From contig RECU01000045.1 in assembly GCA_007693855.1 (NCBI GenBank), positions 14,536 through 78,535 on the forward strand: DNA of 64,000 nt. The letters are read 5' to 3'. Below the pieces are notes generated by a model. It was not told the DNA's origin, made no database searches, and was given only the letters and a program-made list of their open reading frames with translations. Below, one piece after another: positions 1 to 8,262 of this stretch. Made by a program: the position numbers and the translations under genes. The DNA comes from Gammaproteobacteria bacterium. GTDB lineage: Bacteria > Pseudomonadota > Gammaproteobacteria > Steroidobacterales > PWYM01. How positions within the stretch are numbered: position 1 is the stretch's first letter; each line of letters opens with the position of its first letter.

Positions 1-489
1 CTCTATAACGTGCCGGGGCGCACGGCCGTGGACATGCAGCCGGAGACGGTCGCCCGGCTTGCCGAGCATCCCTGCATCACCTCGCTGAAGGAGGCCTCAG
101 GCGAGGTCGCCCGGGTGGCGCGGCTGCGGGAACTCTGCGGCGAGGACTTCGGTCTGTACAGCGGTGACGATGCCACCACTCGTGAATTTATCCTGGCCGG
201 GGGTAATGGCGTCGTCTCGGTCACTGCAAACGTCGCCCCGGCCCTGATGCAGCGTATGTGCGCCGCGGCCCTGGCAGGCGAGGCCGAGAACGCTGCCGCG
301 CTGGACAAGCCCCTTGCCGGACTGCACGAGAAGCTGTTCGTCGAGGCCAACCCGATCCCCGTCAAGTGGGCGCTCGAGCGGATGGGGCTCATTGATGAAG
401 GGATCCGTCTGCCGCTGACGCGGCTCTCGCAGGCGGCCCAGCCCATCGTGGAACAGGCGCTCAGAGACGCCGGAGTGACATTGCCATGA
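1..489 (+). CDS. dapA: 4-hydroxy-tetrahydrodipicolinate synthase, C-terminal part (5' end outside window)
   Basis: The frame is open from base 1. It translates to [12 protein letters not shown]...SGDDATT...VSVTANVAP...NPIPVKWAL, a typical DapA C-terminal half. The stop overlaps the next start (ATGA at 486-489). Confidence 0.9.
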   Translation, partial: LYNVPGRTAVDMQPETVARLAEHPCITSLKEASGEVARVARLRELCGEDFGLYSGDDATTREFILAGGNGVVSVTANVAPALMQRMCAAALAGEAENAAALDKPLAGLHEKLFVEANPIPVKWALERMGLIDEGIRLPLTRLSQAAQPIVEQALRDAGVTLP

Positions 490-767
490 TTCGTTTGAAA
501 AGCCTGATGGCGCGCGCTGGCGCGGTGGTCGTCGCCGCCAGCACCCTGGCGGCCTGCGCCGGCGTGCCCTGCGAGCGCCCCGAGCGCTATGCCGGTGCGC
601 CCAGCGGGGCGCCTCTGCAGATTCCCGAGGGCTTTACGCCGCCGGATCAGTCTCGCGCGCTGCGCATCCCGCCGCAGCCGGTGGAGGAGCCGCGTCGGGT
701 CAGCCGCCGCGGGCCGTGCCTGGAAAGCCCTCCGGATTTCTTCGATCAGCCGTTGATCGAGCGCTGA
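486..767 (+). CDS. Small lipoprotein, BamC(NlpB)-like N-terminal region only
   Basis: ATG overlaps the dapA stop. The signal peptide ends in the lipobox LAAC. The P-rich segment [16 protein letters not shown] resembles the unstructured N-terminus of BamC, and the gene sits in the dapA-bamC synteny position. It is only 93 aa. Confidence 0.55.
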   Translation: MIRLKSLMARAGAVVVAASTLAACAGVPCERPERYAGAPSGAPLQIPEGFTPPDQSRALRIPPQPVEEPRRVSRRGPCLESPPDFFDQPLIER

Positions 768-847
768 GCCCCGCGCAGTGTCTGCGCCACGCCTGTTGGC
801 GTGGAATTGCCACCTCAGCACCGGCGGGGTAAGCTTCGCGGCTTCCA

Positions 848-938
848 GGAGAGGTGGCCGAGTGGTCGAAGGCGCTTGATTGGAATTCAAGTATACGGTA
901 ACCCCGTATCGTGGGTTCGAATCCCACCCTCTCCGCCA
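848..938 (+). tRNA. tRNA-Ser (anticodon GGA), encoded CCA end
   Basis: Acceptor stem GGAGAGG/CCTCTCC. Anticodon stem CTTGA/TCAAG with loop TTGGAAT. Long variable arm. T-arm GGTTCGAATCC. Ends in GCCA. Confidence 0.93.
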
Positions 939-946
939 GTTCGTGC

Positions 947-966
947 AAGGGCCCTTCGGGGCCCTT
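947..966 (+). terminator. Stem-loop after tRNA-Ser (AAGGGCCC-TTCG-GGGCCCTT)
   Basis: Perfect 8-bp GC stem with a UUCG tetraloop directly after the tRNA. The downstream T tract is only short (TTAT). Confidence 0.35.
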
Positions 967-977
967 ATGCTTGCAGC

Positions 978-1967
978 ATGTCCTCAGCACCGACACTCGC
1001 CCAGATCGAGGCCGCCGCGCGGCTGGTGCATGCGCACATGCCGCCCACACCCCAGTACTGCTGGCCCCTGCTCAGTGAGGCCCTGGGGACCGAAGTCTGG
1101 GTCAAACACGAGAACCAGACGCCTGTCGGGGCGTTCAAGATTCGCGGGGGGCTGGTGCATTTTTCGCAGCTGGCGGCACGCGGTGCCCTGCCGACGGGCG
1201 TGATCAGTGCAACCCGCGGCAACCACGGTCAGTCCGTGGGCTTCGCCGCCCGCCTGCACGGCGTGCCGGCCACCATCGTCGTGCCCCACGGCAACAGCCG
1301 CGAGAAGAATGCGGCCATGCGTGCGCTGGGTGTCGAGCTGATCGAGCACGGCGAGGATTTCCAGGCTTCCCGCGAGCACGCCGCCGCCCTGGCCGAGGCG
1401 CGCGGGTTGACGATGGTGGCCTCGTTTCACGATGACCTGGTGACCGGTGTGGCCACTTACGCGCTGGAACTGCTGCGCGCCGTGGCGGACGTCGACGTGG
1501 TGTACGTGCCCATCGGCCTGGGCTCCGGCATCTGCGGCATGCTGGCGGTGCGCGATGCGCTGGGCCTGGCCACCGAGGTGGTTGGTGTGGTCTCGGCGCA
1601 TGCCCCGGCCTATGCGCGGTCGTTCGCGACGGGTGTGCCGGTCGACGCGCCGGCGCTGACCGCGATTGCCGACGGCATGGCCTGCCGCTCGGCAGAGCCT
1701 GCCGCGCTGGAGCGCATCTGCCGCGGTGTCGCCCGGGTCGTGGAAGTGACGGATGCCGAGGTGCGCGAGGCCATGCGCCTGGTGTTCGAGACCACGCACA
1801 ACGTCGCCGAAGGCGCGGGCGCTGCCGCGGTGGCGGCGGCCCGGCAGGAGCGCGCCCGCAATCGCGGCAGGCGCGTCGCGGTGGTGCTCTCCGGGGGCAA
1901 TGTCGATCGCGAGGTGTTCGCCCGGGTACTGGGCGAGGAGTCTGAGTCTCAAATGCCGGATTCATGA
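978..1967 (+). CDS. PLP-dependent threonine/serine dehydratase family enzyme
   Basis: Contains the GAFKIRGG PLP-lysine motif, SATRGNHGQS and a glycine-rich loop. The track ORF 801-1967 runs through the tRNA, so the start is trimmed to the ATG at 978. Confidence 0.8.
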   Translation: MSSAPTLAQIEAAARLVHAHMPPTPQYCWPLLSEALGTEVWVKHENQTPVGAFKIRGGLVHFSQLAARGALPTGVISATRGNHGQSVGFAARLHGVPATIVVPHGNSREKNAAMRALGVELIEHGEDFQASREHAAALAEARGLTMVASFHDDLVTGVATYALELLRAVADVDVVYVPIGLGSGICGMLAVRDALGLATEVVGVVSAHAPAYARSFATGVPVDAPALTAIADGMACRSAEPAALERICRGVARVVEVTDAEVREAMRLVFETTHNVAEGAGAAAVAAARQERARNRGRRVAVVLSGGNVDREVFARVLGEESESQMPDS

Positions 1968-3361
1968 CGGTCGAACAGGCGTTCATCGCCCTCGCGCTGG
2001 CCGGCCTGCTGCTGATCTGCGGTGTCTTCATCCGGCGGCACGTGACGCTGCTGCAGCGGCTGTACCTGCCGAGCTCGATCGTCGCTGGCACGCTGGCGCT
2101 GCTCGCCGGCCCCGAAGTGCTGGGGCGCTTCATGTCGCAGGCCGCCCCGGAGAGCGGACTCGTCGACGGCCTGTTCCCCGACTACGTCACCGAGGTCTGG
2201 CGGGCGCTGCCCTCTCTATTGATCACCATCGTGTTCGCCTGCCTGTTCGTCGGCAAGCGTATTCCGCCGCTTGCCGTCATCTGGCAGCGTGCCGGTCCGA
2301 TGATCGCTCACGGTCAGGCGCTCGCCTGGGGGCAGTATGTGGTCGGCATCACCCTGGTGATGGTGCTGCTGCGGCCGGTGTTCGGGATGCCGGCGATGAC
2401 CGGTGCGCTCATCGAGATCGGTTTCGAGGGTGGTCATGGCACGGCGGCCGGCCTTGCGGAAACCTTCCGGGAACTCGGCTTCGCCAACGGCGCGGATCTC
2501 GCCATAGGGCTGGCCACCGTCGGTGTGGTCTCCGGCGTCCTGCTGGGCACCTTGCTGGTGAATTGGGGGGTGCGCAGCGGGCGCATCGATCCGGAGGCGG
2601 CAGGCTGTGATCCCGAAGCCGCCGGCGAAGCGGATCCGGATGCCTCCCAGGGCGATGGCGTGCGCCCTGGCGCCGCGGAGCCCCTGGCCATCCACTTCGG
2701 CTACCTCGCGCTGGCGATCGCGGCGGGCTGGCTGATCCTGCAGGGGCTGGTGTGGGTGGAGTCGGTGACCTGGGGTCGTGGCGAAGAGGGGCTAGAGCTG
2801 CTGGTTCACGTGCCGCTGTTTCCGCTGGCGATGATTGGCGGGGTGCTGTTTCAGCTGGCCATGATGCGCGCGGGACGGGCGGAGGCCATCGACCGTGATC
2901 TCATCAACCGCATCTCGGCCGCATCGCTGGATGTTCTGATCGTCGCCGCGCTCGCCACCCTGTCGCTGGAGGCGCTCGGGACGTATTTCTGGCCGCTGGT
3001 GATTCTTGCCATGGCCGGCATCGCCTGGAACCTGGTGGGGTTCCTGGTGCTTGCGCCGCGGATGATTCCCGATCACTGGTTCGAGAAGGGGCTCGCAAAC
3101 TTCGGCCAGGGCATCGGCATGACCGTCATCGGCCTGTTGCTCGTGCGCATGAGCGATCCACAGAACCGCTCCGGGGCCATGGAAGGTTTCGGCTACAAGC
3201 AACTGCTGTTCGAACCCGTGGTGGGCGGCGGGCTGTTCACGGCAGCGTCGCTGCCGCTGCTGTACGCGTTCGGTGCGCTGCCGGTGCTCGCCGGCACGGC
3301 CAGCCTGATGCTGGGATGGCTGCTGTTCGGCTGGTGGGCGTTCGGCCGGCAGCGGGCTTGA
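1964..3361 (+). CDS. Sodium/glutamate symporter (GltS/ESS family)-like membrane transporter
   Basis: 465 aa and polytopic. The N-terminus LLLICGVFIRR..LQRLYLPSSIVAG is typical of GltS. ATGA overlap with the upstream dehydratase gene. Confidence 0.65.
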   Translation: MTVEQAFIALALAGLLLICGVFIRRHVTLLQRLYLPSSIVAGTLALLAGPEVLGRFMSQAAPESGLVDGLFPDYVTEVWRALPSLLITIVFACLFVGKRIPPLAVIWQRAGPMIAHGQALAWGQYVVGITLVMVLLRPVFGMPAMTGALIEIGFEGGHGTAAGLAETFRELGFANGADLAIGLATVGVVSGVLLGTLLVNWGVRSGRIDPEAAGCDPEAAGEADPDASQGDGVRPGAAEPLAIHFGYLALAIAAGWLILQGLVWVESVTWGRGEEGLELLVHVPLFPLAMIGGVLFQLAMMRAGRAEAIDRDLINRISAASLDVLIVAALATLSLEALGTYFWPLVILAMAGIAWNLVGFLVLAPRMIPDHWFEKGLANFGQGIGMTVIGLLLVRMSDPQNRSGAMEGFGYKQLLFEPVVGGGLFTAASLPLLYAFGALPVLAGTASLMLGWLLFGWWAFGRQRA

Positions 3362-3492
3362 GGTCGCGGCTCAGGCACGGCCGGCCCAGCTTCGCTGCAT
3401 CACAACACCACGGCCCGGTGTATCTCCGCCCAGTCGAGGACTATGCTGGGTTACATGCACACTTCCGTTGCTGACAACCATGAGGTCGCGCC

Positions 3493-3636
3493 ATGAACAT
3501 CACGCTGAGCCTGACGCCAATCGTGTCCCTGATCGCAGGCATCCTGATCCTGGTGATGCCGAGGCTGCTCAACTACATTGTCGCGGCCTACCTGATCTTC
3601 ATCGGGGTGGTCGGGTTGTTCAACCTGTCAGTCTGA
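3493..3636 (+). CDS. DUF3096-like small membrane protein (47 aa, below the ORF-track cutoff)
   Basis: ATG at 3493 with a GAGG Shine-Dalgarno at 3482-3485. Translates to MNITLSLTPIVSLIAGILILVMPRLLNYIVAAYLIFIGVVGLFNLSV, which resembles the DUF3096 pattern from memory. Confidence 0.6.
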   Translation: MNITLSLTPIVSLIAGILILVMPRLLNYIVAAYLIFIGVVGLFNLSV

Positions 3637-3662
3637 AGCCGCGCTGGTCTGGAAGGGTTGAC

Positions 3663-4523
3663 TCAGGAGTCAGACCCGGACGCCGGTCGCTCTGCGCTGC
3701 GCGCGCCCAGCGGGTAGCTGTCCGTCGGGCCGCGGAACGGCTGCAGCAGCAGCCGATCGAGGCGCAGTTCGCCGGGGTCGCGAAACAGATTGATGCCGAC
3801 GGTCATGCCGGTGTGGCCGTCGCGGGGCTGTGCGCGATAGGTGCCGAACAGGCGATCCCACCACGGCAGGTTGAAGCCGAAGTTGCTGTTGGTTTCCTCC
3901 GGATGCCAGGAGTGGTGCACCCGGTGCATGTCCGGGGTGACCACCAGCCAGCGCAGCACCCGGTCGAGCCGGCCTGGCAGGCGCACATTGCCATGGTTGA
4001 ACATCGAGGTGGCGTTCAGCAGCACCTCGAAGATCAGCACGGCCACCGCAGGCGCGCCCAGCGCCACGATCACCGCCGCCTTGATGACCATCGACAGCAG
4101 GATCTCCACGGGGTGGAAACGCAGGCCCGTGGTCACGTCGAAGTCGGTGTCGGTGTGATGCATCCGGTGCAGTCGCCACAGGGCGGGCACCGCATGGAAC
4201 ATCACGTGCTGGGCCCAGATGGCGAGATCGAGCACCAGCACGGCGATCAGCACCGCCAGCCAGCCGGGCAGTTCGAGCATCGACATCAGGCCCCAGCCGC
4301 GCGTCTCCCCAAGCAGCGCGATGCCCACCGCCGCGGCCGGGAACACCAGGCGCAGCAGCAGGGTGTTGAACACCACGATCCCGAGATTGTTACTCCAGCG
4401 AAACAGCCGGGGGTTGGCGGCGGCCCGGCGGGGCGCCAGCGCTTCCCACGCGAACATCAGGGCGAGCACCCCGATGAATGCTGCCAGCCGGACGGCCGGC
4501 TCGTGCTGCATCAGCCAGTCCAT
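3663..4523 (-). CDS. Fatty acid hydroxylase / sterol desaturase superfamily membrane protein
   Basis: Histidine boxes WAQHVMFH, HRMHH and HRVHH. Several TM segments. Start placed at MDWLMQHEP (ATG at 4523). Confidence 0.8.
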   Translation of the reverse strand: MDWLMQHEPAVRLAAFIGVLALMFAWEALAPRRAAANPRLFRWSNNLGIVVFNTLLLRLVFPAAAVGIALLGETRGWGLMSMLELPGWLAVLIAVLVLDLAIWAQHVMFHAVPALWRLHRMHHTDTDFDVTTGLRFHPVEILLSMVIKAAVIVALGAPAVAVLIFEVLLNATSMFNHGNVRLPGRLDRVLRWLVVTPDMHRVHHSWHPEETNSNFGFNLPWWDRLFGTYRAQPRDGHTGMTVGINLFRDPGELRLDRLLLQPFRGPTDSYPLGARSAERPASGSDS

Positions 4524-4533
4524 GGCCGGGGAC

Positions 4534-4686
4534 TCAGCGCCACTTGATCGAACAGCCCATGCTCGGCGTTTTTTCACGCGGCCCGTGGCAGTCAGCGAGC
4601 GTGTACCGGCGTTCATCGACACCGCGCAGCGTGAACTCGACCGCCGGGGTAGCGAATTCGCAGGCCGGGGTGTCTTTCAGGGCCAT
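4534..4686 (-). pseudogene. N-terminal remnant of a thioredoxin-fold (AhpC/TSA-like) protein, 50 codons
   Basis: GAGGT Shine-Dalgarno precedes the ATG at 4686. MALKDTPACEFATPAVEFTLRGVDERRYTLADCHGPR matches the N-terminus of roughly 190-aa thioredoxin-family proteins. It ends before the expected CxxC region, and the stop lies 10 nt before the next gene's start. Confidence 0.4.
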
Positions 4687-4701
4687 GGGATTACCTCGTG
4701 G

Positions 4702-5388
4702 TCAGTCGCGGGCCATCTGTCGCCGCGCGGCTTCTATCAGGCCGCGGAACAGGCGGCGCTGCCGCGACATGAAAATCAAAAATTCCGGATGCCATTGTAC
4801 GCCGACCAGGAAGGCATGCTCCGGGTCCTCGATCGCCTGGATGATGCCATCGAGATCGCGCCCGACGATGCGCAGACCGATGCCGGTGCGGTCGATCGCC
4901 TGGTTGTGCAGGCTGTTGATGCGACAGCGCTGGCAGCCCATCAGTTCCTCCAGACGCGAGTCCGCGACCAGCTGCAGGGTCTTCAAGGGCAGTACGGTCC
5001 AGCGGTTGGAGGTGTGCTGGCGACGGGAGCGCAGTTCCTGGAACAGGTTCCCGCCGCGGCGCACGTTCAAGAGCTGGGCGCCGCGGCAGATGCCGAGCAG
5101 GGGCAGGCCACGGGTCAGGGCGTCGTCGATGACGCGGGATTCGAAGGCATCGCGTTCCGGGTCGTGGCGCGGTTCGACTTCGGGCTCGGAGGCGTAAAGC
5201 ACCGGATCGATGTCATGGCCGCCGGTCACGACCACGCCGTCATAGTGCTCGGGGGCCAGCGGATCTCCGGGGCGCAACTGCAGCGGCCGGCCCCCGTAGG
5301 CGCGCACTGCCAGCGCCACCAGCAGGCGCGGCCCGCGCGCGCGTCGCTGTGGTCCGGTGATGGCGATCACGGGGGTGGAGCGCGCCAT
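4702..5388 (-). CDS. Class I glutamine amidotransferase-like / peptidase C26 (gamma-glutamyl hydrolase, PuuD-like) family protein
   Basis: GICRGAQLLN nucleophile elbow and the VQWHPE histidine motif. Start MARSTPVIAITG lies 5 nt after the upstream stop. Confidence 0.8.
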   Translation of the reverse strand: MARSTPVIAITGPQRRARGPRLLVALAVRAYGGRPLQLRPGDPLAPEHYDGVVVTGGHDIDPVLYASEPEVEPRHDPERDAFESRVIDDALTRGLPLLGICRGAQLLNVRRGGNLFQELRSRRQHTSNRWTVLPLKTLQLVADSRLEELMGCQRCRINSLHNQAIDRTGIGLRIVGRDLDGIIQAIEDPEHAFLVGVQWHPEFLIFMSRQRRLFRGLIEAARRQMARD

Positions 5389-5393
5389 CGGGG

Positions 5394-6434
5394 CTAGACC
5401 TTGCTGCCGGACAGCCAGTGGGCCTCGACCTGATTCTCCCAATGGCCGAGCCAGCGCTTGAGCGGCTGGCTCAGAAACGCGAGGTAGGCCTCGCAGCAGC
5501 CGGCCAGGCGCTCGGGATCGTCGGCCAGCGCCTCGACTTCCAGCCAGTCGTTCCACGCCAGGTGAAACCCCCACTCCGGCAGATGGATCTCGCAGTCCGG
5601 CAACCGGTAGTGCAGGGCCGGGCGGGGCTTGATCAGCGGGTCATGGGTGACCGCGCGGACCCGCGCCTCGTCGAGGTGCAGAAACAGCGGCAGGAGATCC
5701 AGCGCACGGTTGCGGGTCGGGTTGTCCTCAAGATAGTCGTCGATCAGTTCGGCGAGCCCGGGCCGATAGTCCGTGGCGATCACCTTGCGCACATAGGCGA
5801 TCGGGAACGGATCGATGTAGGTGGTCAGGCGACGGGTGAGGTTGATGTCGGCGCGCACGTAGAGCCAAGGGTACAGACACAGGAAGGCCTGGAGATAGGC
5901 ACGCAGGGTGTCGGCCTCGACGTCCGGTACCTCCGGGTTGAACTGCATGCTGAAGGCATAACTCAGCCCATCGGACGTGCCGCGCGCGCCGGCCTGCCGA
6001 AGCTTGTCGATCAGCCCCTCGACCTCGTGCAGCCGGCTCATCGGCAGCGGCGGGCTGACCACCTCCAGCGGCACCACCGGGTCGGCGAGTCGCTTCAGAA
6101 TATCCTCTGCCGAATTGCGCAACTCATCGAGCAGGACCTCGGCATCGCGCTTCTCCCGGCCCAGCCGCTGCAGCAGGCTGAAGTCGAGTTCGACGGCCCA
6201 GTCACCGGCATCGTCGCCGGCCAGCAGCCGCTCATAACGCCCGTCCTCACTGATCTCGAGTCCGAGGTGTTCGGCGACGATCGCGCTGATCTCCTCCAGC
6301 GACAGGCCGATCATTTCCAGCTCGACACCGACGCGTCGTTCGGCGCCCTCGGCGGTCTGCAGACGTCTCGGCAGTCCCGGCGTGCTGGCGGCGCGCGCCT
6401 CATCGACGGCCGCCCGGGGTGTCTTGTCGTTCAT
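5394..6434 (-). CDS. Amidoligase_2 family (GS/GCS-like fold) putative amidoligase
   Basis: 346 aa. N-terminal RRVGVELEMIG motif and overall layout typical of the putative-amidoligase family. The start overlaps the ggt stop (ATGA at 6431-6434). Confidence 0.65.
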   Translation of the reverse strand: MNDKTPRAAVDEARAASTPGLPRRLQTAEGAERRVGVELEMIGLSLEEISAIVAEHLGLEISEDGRYERLLAGDDAGDWAVELDFSLLQRLGREKRDAEVLLDELRNSAEDILKRLADPVVPLEVVSPPLPMSRLHEVEGLIDKLRQAGARGTSDGLSYAFSMQFNPEVPDVEADTLRAYLQAFLCLYPWLYVRADINLTRRLTTYIDPFPIAYVRKVIATDYRPGLAELIDDYLEDNPTRNRALDLLPLFLHLDEARVRAVTHDPLIKPRPALHYRLPDCEIHLPEWGFHLAWNDWLEVEALADDPERLAGCCEAYLAFLSQPLKRWLGHWENQVEAHWLSGSKV

Positions 6435-8170
6435 GGGGTCATCATAATGCCATCGCCCAGCGCTCGCGCCGCACCGTCATGGCGCGGATCGGCCGCGCCG
6501 CGCCAGCCGTCGGGCGCCCGCTCGATACCGTGCAGCCCGGAGGGCATGCGGGCTCGGCGCAGCGTGTGTCCATAGCCGCGCAGCCGGTCGGCTTCGGTGT
6601 CGGCCGGGCTGCCGCGCTCGAGCTCGAGATGCTCGCCGCGGTGCAGGAAGTTGCCTTCCGCGAAGGCCTCTTCGAGCGACAGCTCCCAGTCGAGCACGGC
6701 GATCAGTACCCGCACGAGGTGGCCGATGATACGGCTGCCGCCGCGCGCGCCGAAGGCCAGCACCGGTGTGTCGTCGGCGGCGAATACGATGATCGGCGAC
6801 ATGGAGCTCCGCGGCCGCTTGCCGGGGGCTGGCAGATTGACCGGCGCGTGGTCCGCAAGCGCCGGGTCCTCGGGTGCGATGAAATCGAAGTCGGTGAGCT
6901 GGTTGTTCAGCAGAAAGCCCGCCGCGCGCCGCCGGCTGCCGAACGGCGCTTCGATCGAGCTGGTGACGGCGGCGATATTGCCCGCCGCGTCGATGATGGT
7001 GAAGTGCGAAGTCCCGCCTGAGTCAATGTCGTGGCCGTGCGCCACGGCCGGACGGGCCCGCGTCCGCTCGATCAGGGCCGCCCGCTGGGCGAGGTAGTCG
7101 GGCGCGAGCAGGTGTGCCACCGGTACTTCGACAAACTCAGGGTCACCGACCCAGGCGGCGCGGTCGGCAAAGGCCAGGCGGCTGGCCTCGGCGATCAGGT
7201 GGATGGCCTCGGCGCGCTGGTCGGCCAGCTCAGCCATCGGGAAGTGCTCCAGCATGCCGAGCACCTGGAGCACGGCCAACCCGCCAGAGGAGGGCGGCGG
7301 GGCGCCACAGACCCGCCATTCGCGGTACTGTCCACAGAGTGCCTCGCGGGTCTCGACCCGGTAGCCGGCGAGGTCCTCGGGGGTCAGCCTCCCGGTGCGC
7401 CAGGCGCCCGCCGTGGCGCGGGCGGCGATCGTCCCGGCGATCTCACCCTGATAGAAGGCCGCCGGTCCGTGTTCGGCCAGGGTTCTGAGCGTGGCCGTGG
7501 CCTGCGGGTCCTGCAGCGTGTTCGCCGGCCGCCACGGCCATCGGAAGAAGTGCGCCCGGAGGTCCGGGAAAAACCACAGGCTTGGGTCGGCGCGCAGTTG
7601 CCGGCGCAGCCGGGGTGCGGGGGGATACCCCTGTTCGGCCAGGGTGATCGCTGGGGCCAGCAGTTCCGGCCAGGGCAGTCTGCCGTGTGCGCCATGAGCC
7701 TCACCCAGCATCGCCACCAGGCCCGGCACCCCCACGGCGCGCCCGCTGATCACGGCCAGTGCGTGGGGCAGGGGGCGGCCGCCGAACCAGGTGAACGCCT
7801 CGACGCTCGCGCCTGCCGGGGCGGTCTCGCGGCCGTCGAAGACCTCGAGCTGGCCGCTGGCGGCGTGATAGTGCAGCAGGAAACCGCCACCGCCCGGCCC
7901 GGTCTCCGGAGCCTCGACCAGTCCGAGCACGAACTGCACGGCCACCGCGGCATCGACCGCGGAGCCGCCGGCGGCCAGCACGTCGAGGCCGGCGCGGACC
8001 GCGTCGGGATGCGCGGCGGCAACCACGCCCTCGCGGCCTGACACTGGCCAGGGAGCTTCCTCAGGGGCCTCCACGGGCCCACTGCAGGCGGCGAGACCCA
8101 GCGTGACCAGCAGCGTGACCCACCGGCAGGTGGCCGCGCGTGCGCGCGGCCTGTGATGCACCCCCCTCAT
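6431..8170 (-). CDS. ggt: Gamma-glutamyltransferase with lipoprotein-type signal peptide
   Basis: GGTSHFTIID autoprocessing/catalytic Thr motif and the PGKRPRSSMSP motif. N-terminus MRGVHH...LVTLGLAACSG gives a lipobox. Start taken at the ATG at 8170. Confidence 0.9.
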   Translation of the reverse strand: MRGVHHRPRARAATCRWVTLLVTLGLAACSGPVEAPEEAPWPVSGREGVVAAAHPDAVRAGLDVLAAGGSAVDAAVAVQFVLGLVEAPETGPGGGGFLLHYHAASGQLEVFDGRETAPAGASVEAFTWFGGRPLPHALAVISGRAVGVPGLVAMLGEAHGAHGRLPWPELLAPAITLAEQGYPPAPRLRRQLRADPSLWFFPDLRAHFFRWPWRPANTLQDPQATATLRTLAEHGPAAFYQGEIAGTIAARATAGAWRTGRLTPEDLAGYRVETREALCGQYREWRVCGAPPPSSGGLAVLQVLGMLEHFPMAELADQRAEAIHLIAEASRLAFADRAAWVGDPEFVEVPVAHLLAPDYLAQRAALIERTRARPAVAHGHDIDSGGTSHFTIIDAAGNIAAVTSSIEAPFGSRRRAAGFLLNNQLTDFDFIAPEDPALADHAPVNLPAPGKRPRSSMSPIIVFAADDTPVLAFGARGGSRIIGHLVRVLIAVLDWELSLEEAFAEGNFLHRGEHLELERGSPADTEADRLRGYGHTLRRARMPSGLHGIERAPDGWRGAADPRHDGAARALGDGIMMTP

Positions 8171-8262
8171 CGCCCGGACTCTAGCGTGCCTTCCGGGTCG
8201 CTGCCAGCGCAGCCCTGCGATATGCGACACTTGCGACTCGGCCGTTCGAAGGGGGAGCACAC

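Noticed and set aside
801-977. N-terminal extensions offered by the ORF track. Examples are 801-977 running through tRNA-Ser, 12095-12418 running through ffs, and extensions at 15096, 22240, 26152, 45423, 48668, 51798, 54353-55081 and 57745.
   Set aside because: The extensions cross RNA genes or intergenic regions. Internal starts have Shine-Dalgarno sequences and match the family-typical N-termini.
848-1100. Checked the tRNA-Ser flank for an integrase, direct repeat of the tRNA 3' end, or an island boundary.
   Set aside because: The downstream genes are ordinary metabolic or transport genes with host-like GC. No integrase and no repeated tRNA 3' segment is seen in the window.
2581-2650. Peptide-level repeat DPEAAG-C-DPEAAG-E-ADPDA in the central loop of the GltS-like transporter.
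   Set aside because: This is a short low-complexity duplication in a cytoplasmic loop, common in GC-rich genomes, with no functional inference possible.
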